Below are positions 37,615-45,998 of a DNA stretch of 63,759 bases, one piece after another. The stretch comes from an uncultured Candidatus Saccharibacteria bacterium. GTDB taxonomy: Bacteria > Patescibacteriota > Minisyncoccia > UBA6257 > WO2-44-18. The notes beneath the pieces are model-generated. The model was not told where the DNA came from and made no database searches. It worked only from the letters and a program-made list of their open reading frames with translations. Position 1 is the stretch's first letter. Each line of letters begins with the position of its first letter. The position numbers and the translations under genes were made by a program. Location of the stretch: positions 1-63,759 of the forward strand of contig CAYHBX010000001.1 of assembly GCA_964355005.1 (NCBI GenBank), given 5' to 3'.

Positions 37615-37683
37615 AAAGACAAGTGTAAGCAGGGTTTGGGGTTTAGCCAATAGGGTGGATCAATATTTGGTATACTTTGAGTA

Positions 37684-39840
37684 ATGGACGAGAAAAAACC
37701 AGAAGAATTAGAGATTGAGCCGATCGCGCCCAAAAAATATTCGGACGAATTGGAGGAGTTGGCAAAAAAACTTGAGGAAGTTAAAAGCAAAAGGCAAACG
37801 GAGTCCCCGCCGGAGTTTAAAGTTGCAGAAAATCCTAAATCGGAGATTAAACCAGGGGAGCCGGCGATGTCGGCGGAGGTTGGTGATGTTTTGGTCAGTA
37901 AAAGTGGCACCCGTCGAAAAGTTCTTGGGTTTCATTTTGACCGGAAAGCGCCCGGCGGCGGGTATTTGGAAGTAGAGACCGCAAAAGAGGGAGCGACTTT
38001 CAAAGAGTCAATTAACTTTGAAGAAGTAATGGAAAGTAAGAAAAAGGGCGTTGTAACGATAGAAAAAACGGCGGCAGAAAAACTAATCCGCCCCGAGTCT
38101 ATCCAGCCGGCCCAAGAGAATCCGGTTAAGCGGGGTGAAATAGAAAAACCTCTTCCCGAAAAAGAAAGAGTAAAAATGGCTGAAAAAATCGCCACCTCTC
38201 TTCTTGCTGGCATGAGAAAAGAGAAATCGGCGCCAAAAGCAAGAAGGGTGCCGCAAAAATTGAAGGAAGAAGCGGCTCCGACTGCAAAACCGGAGGAAAA
38301 AGCTCCGGAGCCCGGTCCTGTCTCCACCGAGGCTTCGGTGGGCAAACCGGTTCGGCAAGTTCACGGCAAGCCGGCAGCGGAAAAGCCGGTTGAACCGGAA
38401 AAACTGACCGACGAGCAAAAGCTGGAATATATTTTAAAAGTCGCGCCCGGGGATTTGGGTGAGGCGGGCGAAGAAAAGAAAGCTGGAGAAACGAAAATTG
38501 AAGAGCCGATTGAACCGGAAAAACCGGCCGAACAGCCGGCTGAACAGCTCGCTGAAATGAAGGCCGAAGTAAAAGAAGAACCGATCGAAGCCGAAAAACC
38601 AGTACCGGAACCGGAATCCGGAGAGCCGGAAAACCCGGCTTTCAAAACCGAAGAGGCGCTGAATGATCAGGAGTTTCTGGAATTTCTCACTAAATATCCG
38701 GACGCGGAAAAAATTGACCCGGGTTCGCACCAGCGGGAAATTGAAAAACGGCACAAAGTTTTTCACGCGTGCAAAGTTTTAGGCAGTGTTGTTGGAGAAT
38801 TTTATAATAAAGAGGCCGGCCAAGAACTCGGCCTGCCCATTGAAAAAGAAATGAGCCGGAAAATGCTGGATACGGTTGAAAGGGAAGCAATTGCCGATCC
38901 GGAGTCTTTAATAAAACGGGCGCAGGAGATCGTTGAATATGAAAATTTGAAAAATGACACCACTGCTCTTGATAAGCAGCTGGCGGAATTTGGCGGCGTC
39001 AGTAATCGCGAGGACGCTCTGCAATTCATAGAAGAAAAACTTCATAAATTGAGTAAGGAAAAACATCAAAAAAGGATTTCCGTCGGGTTTATTGGTTTCA
39101 TCAATCCGGAAAATAATCCGATCGCCGGTTGGTGGTTCCAGAAAATGATGACAGAGGAGGAGCGGGCTTGGCATAAACAAATTCGCGAAGCGCCCAGAGT
39201 AAAACGCAAAGAGATCTTCGCCGAAATAGATAAAAAAATAGAGGCCTTCGCTAAAGCTAAAGAGGAATTGGAAAAGGTTAATGAAGTAGGTATGCGCCGG
39301 CGGTTTGATGATCTGCGGCAGGAATTATTCCAGAAATTTGAGCCCACAAAGATGCTTTTTGAGGATATGCGGCATCGCGCGGTAAAAAATATCGGCGATC
39401 TGTTCAATAAAGCAATTCACGGTGTTCCCGGTATCAAAAAGATAGAGGAAGCCAGACAATATCTGGAAAAATTGCGTGTTTTACACAAAAAATTTGCGCT
39501 GGATGTCCGGGATCAGGATGCTTTCGCGTTGCAGTTAGACCGGCGATTGGAGGAGCTCGTTGACGGATTAGTGAGGGAAAATATCAAAGGATTCAAGATA
39601 ACCAGTGAGCCGCTGAAGAAGATGCTTTCTGAATTTTCCAAGCTGGTGGACAAAGGATCGGGCGTCGAAAGCAAACAAGCGCTTCTAATCGCTATTGTTT
39701 CGGCGATAGACAAAGCGATTGATCATCTGAAGGAATCCGGGCGCGGCAAACCGGCCGCCGAGGGAAAGGAGGCAATGATGAAAAAAATATTACTTCAGGC
39801 GGTGAAAGTTCAATTACTTGCCGAATTAACTAAGCAATAA
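37684..39840 (+). CDS. large charged (E/K/P-rich) hypothetical protein
   Basis: 718-aa ORF with no TM helices and a PE/KP-rich central spacer. Confidence 0.55.
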   Translation: MDEKKPEELEIEPIAPKKYSDELEELAKKLEEVKSKRQTESPPEFKVAENPKSEIKPGEPAMSAEVGDVLVSKSGTRRKVLGFHFDRKAPGGGYLEVETAKEGATFKESINFEEVMESKKKGVVTIEKTAAEKLIRPESIQPAQENPVKRGEIEKPLPEKERVKMAEKIATSLLAGMRKEKSAPKARRVPQKLKEEAAPTAKPEEKAPEPGPVSTEASVGKPVRQVHGKPAAEKPVEPEKLTDEQKLEYILKVAPGDLGEAGEEKKAGETKIEEPIEPEKPAEQPAEQLAEMKAEVKEEPIEAEKPVPEPESGEPENPAFKTEEALNDQEFLEFLTKYPDAEKIDPGSHQREIEKRHKVFHACKVLGSVVGEFYNKEAGQELGLPIEKEMSRKMLDTVEREAIADPESLIKRAQEIVEYENLKNDTTALDKQLAEFGGVSNREDALQFIEEKLHKLSKEKHQKRISVGFIGFINPENNPIAGWWFQKMMTEEERAWHKQIREAPRVKRKEIFAEIDKKIEAFAKAKEELEKVNEVGMRRRFDDLRQELFQKFEPTKMLFEDMRHRAVKNIGDLFNKAIHGVPGIKKIEEARQYLEKLRVLHKKFALDVRDQDAFALQLDRRLEELVDGLVRENIKGFKITSEPLKKMLSEFSKLVDKGSGVESKQALLIAIVSAIDKAIDHLKESGRGKPAAEGKEAMMKKILLQAVKVQLLAELTKQ

Positions 39841-40103
39841 TGGACAGTTTGGAAAAAATCATTATTTTGCTGGAATCCGAAAAGAAGTCCGAGGCAAAAA
39901 AGTTGCTGACGGAATATTTGAATAACATTAAACTTTCTCCCGCTGAGCAGGACAGGACTTATCTGGAAATTGCTTCACTATTCGCGCGGGTAAATAATTC
40001 TTTGATGCGGGACTATAAAGAACTGCTGGAAGAAGTGTCCGAGGAATTCCGCGATTTGAATATTAAGGAGCGTATTTTACTTCCGAAACGAGAGAGCAAA
40101 TAA
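39840..40103 (+). CDS. small helical hypothetical protein
   Basis: TAATG overlap with the upstream ORF. Confidence 0.4.
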   Translation: MDSLEKIIILLESEKKSEAKKLLTEYLNNIKLSPAEQDRTYLEIASLFARVNNSLMRDYKELLEEVSEEFRDLNIKERILLPKRESK

Positions 40104-40217
40104 CCGGGCACTGATAATTACTAATGATTAATTCCTAATTTCTAATCAATTTCCAATTAGGAAATGTCCAATCGGCAGTCCGTTTTCATTAGAAATTAGA
40201 TATTAAAAATTAGAAAT

Positions 40218-41276
40218 TTATAGAATTGGTTCCAGCCAGTGAATGATTTTAATTAGAATACGGTGATACCAATGCGACTTTTCTTTTAATTCAGAGAGCG
40301 GCACCGCTTCAGATTTCCATTCGGCGATTATTTTTTTCAGATCCCCGATCATGTCTTTGCGCTGGAAGATAACGCTGGCTTCCAGATTATAATCAAAACT
40401 TTGCGCGTCGATATTATTTGAACCCACTAGCCCCTCTTTTTCGTCCACCAGCAGAACTTTGGCGTGATTCATTCTTTTCATAAAATAAAAATTTACCCAG
40501 GAAGAAAGGTGTTCGGCGATTGGCCGATGGATCAGGTCAATCGCTGCAATGTCGGTTTTTTGCGGGATGATAACTTCTATTTTTACTCCCCTGCCGGCCG
40601 CCTGCCGCAGCGCGCGCATCAGCCATTTGTGGGGAATAAAATAGGGCGTGACGATGGTAATGCTTTGAGATGCCTGCGCGAACTTTTGTTTATAGTAGTG
40701 TTTTAAAACATCCTTTCCTCGGAGCGGCCAGCGCTCGATCAGCCACGTTTTTGCTTTGTAAATAGTAGCCGAAAGTTTCCCCAGCGGCAGTTTTCGGAAT
40801 GCCAATATTTCCGGATCGCGCCCCCCGGAAAGGTAGTAGGCCCGCGCGAACGAACTTAATAGACGCTTCACAAAAAGCCCCGTGATCATCATATGCAGAT
40901 CCAACCACTTCGCGTAGGCGCCCCGGATATTTACTCCGCCGGCAAAGCCGATCTCTTCGTCTACGATCATAGTTTTGCGATGATTCCGGTAAAACCAGTG
41001 ATTGTACACTACGACTTCCGCTCCGGCTTTCGTGAAGGCATCGCGGTTGATGGATCCGAACCAAAAGTGGGCCAAGCGATCAATGATGATCTTAACTTTT
41101 ACCCCGGCCTTCGCCTTCTCTTTTAGAGTTTCGAATAATTGGTGAGTCTTAGGATCGTCGGTGAGAATGAAGCTTTCCAGAAGGATAGACTTCCGCGCTC
41201 CTCGGATTGCCTCCAGCATTGCCGCCCACGCTTTATCTGATTTTGTATAGAATCGATATTTCATAGATCTTATCAA
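40218..41276 (-). CDS. phospholipase D family protein (cardiolipin-synthase-like, two HKD motifs)
   Basis: HRKTMIVDE and HAKVLLVDE motifs. Confidence 0.8.
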   Translation of the reverse strand: MIRSMKYRFYTKSDKAWAAMLEAIRGARKSILLESFILTDDPKTHQLFETLKEKAKAGVKVKIIIDRLAHFWFGSINRDAFTKAGAEVVVYNHWFYRNHRKTMIVDEEIGFAGGVNIRGAYAKWLDLHMMITGLFVKRLLSSFARAYYLSGGRDPEILAFRKLPLGKLSATIYKAKTWLIERWPLRGKDVLKHYYKQKFAQASQSITIVTPYFIPHKWLMRALRQAAGRGVKIEVIIPQKTDIAAIDLIHRPIAEHLSSWVNFYFMKRMNHAKVLLVDEKEGLVGSNNIDAQSFDYNLEASVIFQRKDMIGDLKKIIAEWKSEAVPLSELKEKSHWYHRILIKIIHWLEPIL

Positions 41277-41306
41277 CTTATAAACTTAAGAACTTATAAA
41301 CTATTT

Positions 41307-42257
41307 TTAAACCAGCATCTTTACCGCCTCCGCGATCTTATCCGGGTCATGCCGAATGAAGCCCGACTTTCTTAGTAGGTCTACGACGATCGGCATCGGA
41401 CGGGATTTGAAATTATCGGTATCAGCTTCAACGAATTGCGCCTTTTCTGCCGCGTACGGCTTGAAGCGCATTAAGGTTGGCTTAGATTTGTTGATAATCG
41501 CGTAGTCCAGCACGTTCTTTCCCAGATAATTTTCGATGCTCGTGACGAAATCGGATGCCCGGAAGCCATTAGTTTCCCCGAATTTAGTCATTAGGTTAAC
41601 GAAATATATTTTTCTTCCTTGAGTTTGCCGAAGAGCCTCGCGGACTCCTTTCACCAAAAGATTTGGGACTAAACTGGTGTAAATATCACCGGGACCAATA
41701 ATGACCGCGTCCGCCTCCATAATCGCCCGCTTGGCGGCCGGATTTATTTCCGCTTCCGGCTTGAGCCATACTTTTTTTATTTTCAAATGGCCGTCATGTT
41801 TCGGGATATCAATATTTCTCTCCCCTTTTATTAGCTCGCCGTTTTCCAGTTCCGCCATTAAGGAAGCCTTTTTCAAAGTTACCGGCAGAACATCGCCCTG
41901 GACCGACAGGATCTTTCCCGCTTCTGTGATTGCCGAATCAAAGCTCCCGGTGATACGTTCGAGCGCGGTTATCATCAGATTGCCGAAGCTGTGCCCGGAT
42001 AAGCCGCTCCCCTCCTGGAAGCGATAATTAAAAAGTTCCGAAAGAATTTTATTATCGGAGGCCGAGAGAGCTATCATTGCCCGGCGGATATCTCCGGGGG
42101 GCAGGATGCCGAATTCTTCCCGCAGAATTCCGGATGAACCGCCCTCATCCGACATGGTTACGATGGCGGTGATCTTAGAAAAATGTTTTTTTAAACCAAG
42201 CAAGACCGGGAAAATTCCGGTCCCTCCGCCGATAACTACTATCTTCTTGTCCTTCAT
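41307..42257 (-). CDS. YvcK/CofD-family protein (UPF0052)
   Basis: KIVVIGGGTGIFPVLLGLK start and family-wide similarity. Confidence 0.85.
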   Translation of the reverse strand: MKDKKIVVIGGGTGIFPVLLGLKKHFSKITAIVTMSDEGGSSGILREEFGILPPGDIRRAMIALSASDNKILSELFNYRFQEGSGLSGHSFGNLMITALERITGSFDSAITEAGKILSVQGDVLPVTLKKASLMAELENGELIKGERNIDIPKHDGHLKIKKVWLKPEAEINPAAKRAIMEADAVIIGPGDIYTSLVPNLLVKGVREALRQTQGRKIYFVNLMTKFGETNGFRASDFVTSIENYLGKNVLDYAIINKSKPTLMRFKPYAAEKAQFVEADTDNFKSRPMPIVVDLLRKSGFIRHDPDKIAEAVKMLV

Positions 42258-42320
42258 ATTGCTATAAATATATCCTTTAATCTTCGGTTAGAAAACCCCG
42301 CCACAGCGGGGATTTTAAGT

Positions 42321-42974
42321 TTAGGAAAGTTTCATCATCGATGGGATGCCGAACCCGCTTTTTGATGTTCCCAGCGAATAGAACAGCCGAGCGCCTTTGT
42401 TGGCGTCCATCGCCAAAACTTTGCCCCGTGGATCTTTCGGAGAGCCGAGCAGGTAAATACTTTTTTGCGTCAGAAGATCGGGGCGGACTCTTAGGAGCGC
42501 CACTGCCTCTTCTCCGGTCAAGCCGCGGCGATCTTCCCGGTTAAACTTGTTGGCGGCAAAATCTATATCTCCGCCGGCCTCTTTCCCCGATTCCACGTCA
42601 AATATTAAATAAGGAGTTTCTGGGACATCCGGGCGTGGTTTGTAGCAATGACGGATGAATTTTTCTTCCCAGTGTCCGCGTGACCAATCCAGAAACCCGG
42701 CATATAGCCGATGCATCTGGGTTTGAATGGAAATCGCGGTGTGCGGGATAACGATCAGGCAAGGGACGCAGTTTTCGTGGAAATTTAAATTCAAGACCTC
42801 CTTACTTTCCCGGATGAACTCTGCCATTGACGCCAACCTGTAAAAGAAAACTGCTTTATTTTTGACCAGCAGATCAAAATGATTATCGATCAGAAATTTG
42901 ACCTGTTTGTTAAAGATTTTTACCAGATCATCACGCGCCAGCGCGATCGCGTCAGGCATCTTGGGTTGCCTCAA
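42321..42974 (-). CDS. hypothetical protein
   Basis: ORF only. Confidence 0.5.
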   Translation of the reverse strand: MRQPKMPDAIALARDDLVKIFNKQVKFLIDNHFDLLVKNKAVFFYRLASMAEFIRESKEVLNLNFHENCVPCLIVIPHTAISIQTQMHRLYAGFLDWSRGHWEEKFIRHCYKPRPDVPETPYLIFDVESGKEAGGDIDFAANKFNREDRRGLTGEEAVALLRVRPDLLTQKSIYLLGSPKDPRGKVLAMDANKGARLFYSLGTSKSGFGIPSMMKLS

Positions 42975-43037
42975 TTTACTAAGCAGATATTACGTGAAAA
43001 ATCAGTAAATTACAACCCCACGAACTATTTTGATAAG

Positions 43038-43061
43038 AAAAAACCAGCGCGCGAGCGCTGG
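43038..43061 (-). terminator. intrinsic terminator
   Basis: ccagcgc-gcga-gcgctgg plus a T-run on the minus strand. Confidence 0.7.
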
Positions 43062-43067
43062 TCAACG

Positions 43068-43343
43068 TTACTTCTTTTTCCCACCCTTGCTGCCTCCTCC
43101 GCCACCACCATCGGAGCCGCCGCTGAACATGACGCGGAAGCCGAAGTAAGCGATGGCGAGAGTAATGGCCAGCTTCGCCAGAGCACCTAGGGGCTGGACG
43201 GCGACCCAGAGACGTCCCAACAGCTCTGCCAGGAACGAGGCAGTCTGTTCCGGCCAGATGCCAGCGACGATCGCCCCGCCTACGATCACCGTCCCCAATA
43301 TCTTCTTGGGGCTGCCGAACAGAAAGTCTACGAAGCTGTCCAC
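43068..43343 (-). CDS. small membrane protein with Gly/Lys tail (GC-rich cassette)
   Basis: GTG 6 nt after GGAGG; three hydrophobic segments. Confidence 0.5.
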   Translation of the reverse strand: MDSFVDFLFGSPKKILGTVIVGGAIVAGIWPEQTASFLAELLGRLWVAVQPLGALAKLAITLAIAYFGFRVMFSGGSDGGGGGGSKGGKKK

Positions 43344-43405
43344 CGCATGCCTCCTAAAGGGTTACTTTGTTGGCTGGTTATTGGTTAGTTGGAAACGCTG
43401 TTTTA

Positions 43406-43434
43406 ATTATACACCTGTTTGACTAAAAAGTCAA
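43406..43434 (-). promoter_or_regulatory. near-consensus promoter
   Basis: On the minus strand: TTGACT, 17 nt, TATAAT. Confidence 0.65.
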
Positions 43435-43440
43435 GCAATG

Positions 43441-43809
43441 TTATCCAATGTTCTCGTAGTGCTTTATCTCCCCTGTTTCTACAATGACGGTTACCAGATC
43501 AATGCGGCAACCTTTTGCCGCATTGATCAATTCCGACTTTGATCCGGCAAACAACCCGGCAGTCCGCCGGACTTTCTCCAATTTAGCGCGAGTTAGGTTG
43601 TCCTCGGGTTGTAGTACAGAGTTTGGCGTAAAACACCGTACACTTTTTACTTCTACGAAAACCAAAGTCCCATCCGGATCTTTGGCGATGATATCAATCT
43701 CCCCCCAGGGCTTCCAATAGTTACGGCGCAAAATTTTAAATTTATTGCGAATCAAAAATTCACTCGCCATGTCTTCGCCGATTCTTCCTATTTCCGATTT
43801 GTGAGACAT
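43441..43809 (-). CDS. yraN: YraN-family endonuclease (UPF0102)
   Basis: GRIGEDMASEFL ... GEIDIIAKD ... VFVEVK pattern. Confidence 0.8.
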   Translation of the reverse strand: MSHKSEIGRIGEDMASEFLIRNKFKILRRNYWKPWGEIDIIAKDPDGTLVFVEVKSVRCFTPNSVLQPEDNLTRAKLEKVRRTAGLFAGSKSELINAAKGCRIDLVTVIVETGEIKHYENIG

Positions 43810-43866
43810 TGTTTATCAGATTACTCCGTTGCAGTGTTATAATAACAACATTGCGTACATAGTAAA

Positions 43867-44376
43867 ATGACAAACAACGTAAAACATTTGATATCAGATG
43901 ATTATCTCCGGGGCCTAGTCGAGGGTGAGGGATGCTTCACCTTTTGTAATATTCCAGTTTATAACCGAAACGGGAAAAAGTTTGCCCTGCCTACTTTTGT
44001 AATACAAATGCACGAGCGCGACAAATCTCTTATAGAATCTCTAAAAACAAGACTAGGATTAAAAAACAGAATATACGTTCATAGAAGACCGGCCCTTTCT
44101 CAGAAAGATAAGATATATAGACGAGGACCAATGGCCACATTAATTGTTCGCGACATTGGATCACTAAAAAATAAAATTGTGCCATTTTTTTACGGCAAAC
44201 TCCATGGCAATAAAGGAAGGCAGATGATTGAATGGTTAGAGGCAATAGGAAGCAGAGATGATATTCCGGACAAATATAAGATAATATATCGTCTTCACTC
44301 GTATGGCTATTTTGATAAAAAAGTTTCACGTGAAACAAATTTTCAAATCCCCTCACAAATGTTGAACGGTGTTTAA
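43867..44376 (+). CDS. single-motif LAGLIDADG homing endonuclease, free-standing
   Basis: LRGLVEGEGCF motif, 169 aa, AT-rich. Confidence 0.75.
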   Translation: MTNNVKHLISDDYLRGLVEGEGCFTFCNIPVYNRNGKKFALPTFVIQMHERDKSLIESLKTRLGLKNRIYVHRRPALSQKDKIYRRGPMATLIVRDIGSLKNKIVPFFYGKLHGNKGRQMIEWLEAIGSRDDIPDKYKIIYRLHSYGYFDKKVSRETNFQIPSQMLNGV

Positions 44377-44545
44377 CACTTTTATCGCTAAACAATTTTT
44401 TGATAAGCAGGCGGTAGGCAGGTGTTAAACAAATCACAATGTTTCACACTGGAAAGACCAATTTGTCAAACACAGATAAATAAGCGGCAATCCGGCAATG
44501 CGGCAATTTATATTGAGCTTGCCGAACCATTGCCGAATTAAAAAA

Positions 44546-44596
44546 CCCCGCACCTAGTTGGAGGTGAGAAATTTCTCACCTCTTATAGGTGCGGGG
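44546..44596. repeat. long-form CCCCGCACCTA hairpin (copy 3), acts as terminator of 44576-45390
   Basis: Inner stem GGTGAG/CTCACC. On the minus strand it is followed by T6, and the gene's stop codon lies inside the hairpin. Confidence 0.85.
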
Positions 44597-45085
44597 CGGC
44601 ATTAGACATTCAAATCCCGGAAGTAGGGCATCCCTGATCGCCCGCCAGGCAATAGTTGAGCAGTGGATCGTCGCCCAGGGGAGCTGAAGCGTGTCCATGA
44701 TTTCTTCGTCCCTCAAAGCAAGCGCCTCCTCGACCCGCCTATCCTTAAGGTATTCCGATAGCCAGCTACCAACAGCTATTAGCCAGCCGCAGCCAACAGT
44801 TATGTGTCGGACATCTTCAATTATCCAATGAGTACCCCAGCCCGTACAGGATTCGCAGTTTATGAATTCAATATCTTCGCTTCCGGAGGCGGCGGATGGA
44901 ATTTTGCCGGATGTTTTGCAGACCGGACAGTTAACGGTCGCGATCTTGAACTGGATCCCGAAAAAATCACGATAGGGGAGGCACTCATCTATGCCGGTCA
45001 TGATCAAACCTTTTTCGCGGTGATGGAAACTCCCCCAGTTACGCGGTCGTTGATAGTGGTCAATCAGTTCGTCGCTCCACGGCAT
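44576..45085 (-). CDS. IscU/NifU-like Fe-S scaffold homologue with inserted Cys4 zinc-ribbon
   Basis: LIDHYQRPRNWG, GCGWLIAVGS and LPWATIHCSTIAWRAI resemble IscU blocks; CPVC...CESC insert. Confidence 0.55.
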   Translation of the reverse strand: MPWSDELIDHYQRPRNWGSFHHREKGLIMTGIDECLPYRDFFGIQFKIATVNCPVCKTSGKIPSAASGSEDIEFINCESCTGWGTHWIIEDVRHITVGCGWLIAVGSWLSEYLKDRRVEEALALRDEEIMDTLQLPWATIHCSTIAWRAIRDALLPGFECLMPPRTYKR

Positions 45086-45390
45086 CAGATTATTCCCCTT
45101 GTCTTAAAAATTAGTCTTTGGATGGAAAGCCGGATGTTTTTTTCTACCCACGCGGCATAGGTCGGGCAATTCGCGGAGAGTCCGAGTTTTTCCAAAGAAT
45201 TTCCGATGCCGGACAATCCGGCAATTTTTATTTCCATCGGATCAGCTACGGAATAATGGCGGAGCTGAAGCTCTGCCCCGGTTTCCGCGATAAAATCGGC
45301 ATAAAGTTCTCCGAGTTTTATGCGCGCGTCCATATCGCCGGCGGCAGCCAAAGAATAAAGTTCCGCGACACGAGCGGAGTTCGGCGTCAT
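45085..45390 (-). CDS. hypothetical protein
   Basis: ORF whose stop overlaps the downstream start by 1 nt. Confidence 0.45.
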   Translation of the reverse strand: MTPNSARVAELYSLAAAGDMDARIKLGELYADFIAETGAELQLRHYSVADPMEIKIAGLSGIGNSLEKLGLSANCPTYAAWVEKNIRLSIQRLIFKTRGII

Positions 45391-45499
45391 ACTTTTCTCC
45401 TTTTAAGTTTCTGAAACTAAGATAGCGCGTTGGTTGGAAAAAGAATAGGGGACTACGAAATTGAAAATTTTAAGATTTTTGTTATAGTATCTGGAGAAA

Positions 45500-45571
45500 G
45501 CGCGCTTAGCTCAGTGGTAGAGCGACTCGTTTACACCGAGTAGGTCGGGGGTTCAATCCCCTCAGCGCGCA
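45500..45571 (+). tRNA. tRNA-Val (anticodon TAC)
   Basis: Hand-folded: acceptor GCGCGCT/AGCGCGC, loop TTTACAC. Confidence 0.85.
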
Positions 45572-45735
45572 CAATTATTTTGCCCCGCTTCGGCGGGGCT
45601 AAGTTGTATGCGCTGGGGAGATTGAAGACCGCAGCAATGTTTTGCCAACAGGCAAAACTTGCGAGGGGCGGCCTGCGACCGAGCCGAGTGGCGACGACCT
45701 GCCTGCCGGTAGGCAGGGACGAGAGTTGTAGGAAG

Positions 45736-45751
45736 TCCCCTCAGCGCGCAC
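45736..45751 (+). repeat. 16-nt direct repeat of the tRNA-Val 3' end
   Basis: tcccctcagcgcgcac is identical to 45557-45572. Confidence 0.85.
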
Positions 45752-45763
45752 TAAATATCGGAT

Positions 45764-45895
45764 ACTTGGAATCGCCTCTCGCCCTACTGGGCTCGAAACC
45801 TTCAGTCGCTCTTCGCGACTTGCGGCCCGCGGTTCGATTTCTAACTAGAAGGCATGAAATTCTAAACCCGCGCTTTGCGCGGGTTTAGAATTTCA
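45764..45895. repeat. tRNA-flanking module, copy A (partial T-arm copy, conserved cores, covarying hairpin, long hairpin)
   Basis: Aligns block by block with 47304-47434. Confidence 0.75.
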
Positions 45896-45966
45896 TGCTC
45901 CCACTTGGAATCGAACCAAGGTTTGCGGATTAAGAGTCCGTAGCTTTACCACTAAGCTATGGGAGC
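45896..45966 (-). tRNA. tRNA-Lys (anticodon CTT)
   Basis: Hand-folded on the minus strand: acceptor GCTCCCA/TGGGAGC, loop CTCTTAA. Confidence 0.85.
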
Positions 45967-45998
45967 TTATTTCTGGGGTGTGGATAACTTTCGGATAA

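Noticed and set aside
40218-42257. The PLD-family protein plus YvcK-like neighbour as a candidate nuclease-based defence pair.
   Set aside because: The PLD protein has the two-HKD, about 350-aa architecture of cardiolipin-synthase-like enzymes, and YvcK/CofD is a widespread housekeeping family. There is no helicase, methylase or other defence hallmark alongside.
45580-45888. ORF 45580-45888 and ORFs 47259-47492, 47519-47731 and 47637-47837 around the tRNA genes.
   Set aside because: They are composed of hairpin and repeat sequence and tRNA-derived fragments, and have no translation signals.
45979-45987. The perfect DnaA box TGTGGATAA between tRNA-Lys and metK as a second origin.
   Set aside because: It is a single isolated box with no AT-rich unwinding element or further boxes nearby, so a chance or regulatory occurrence is more likely.
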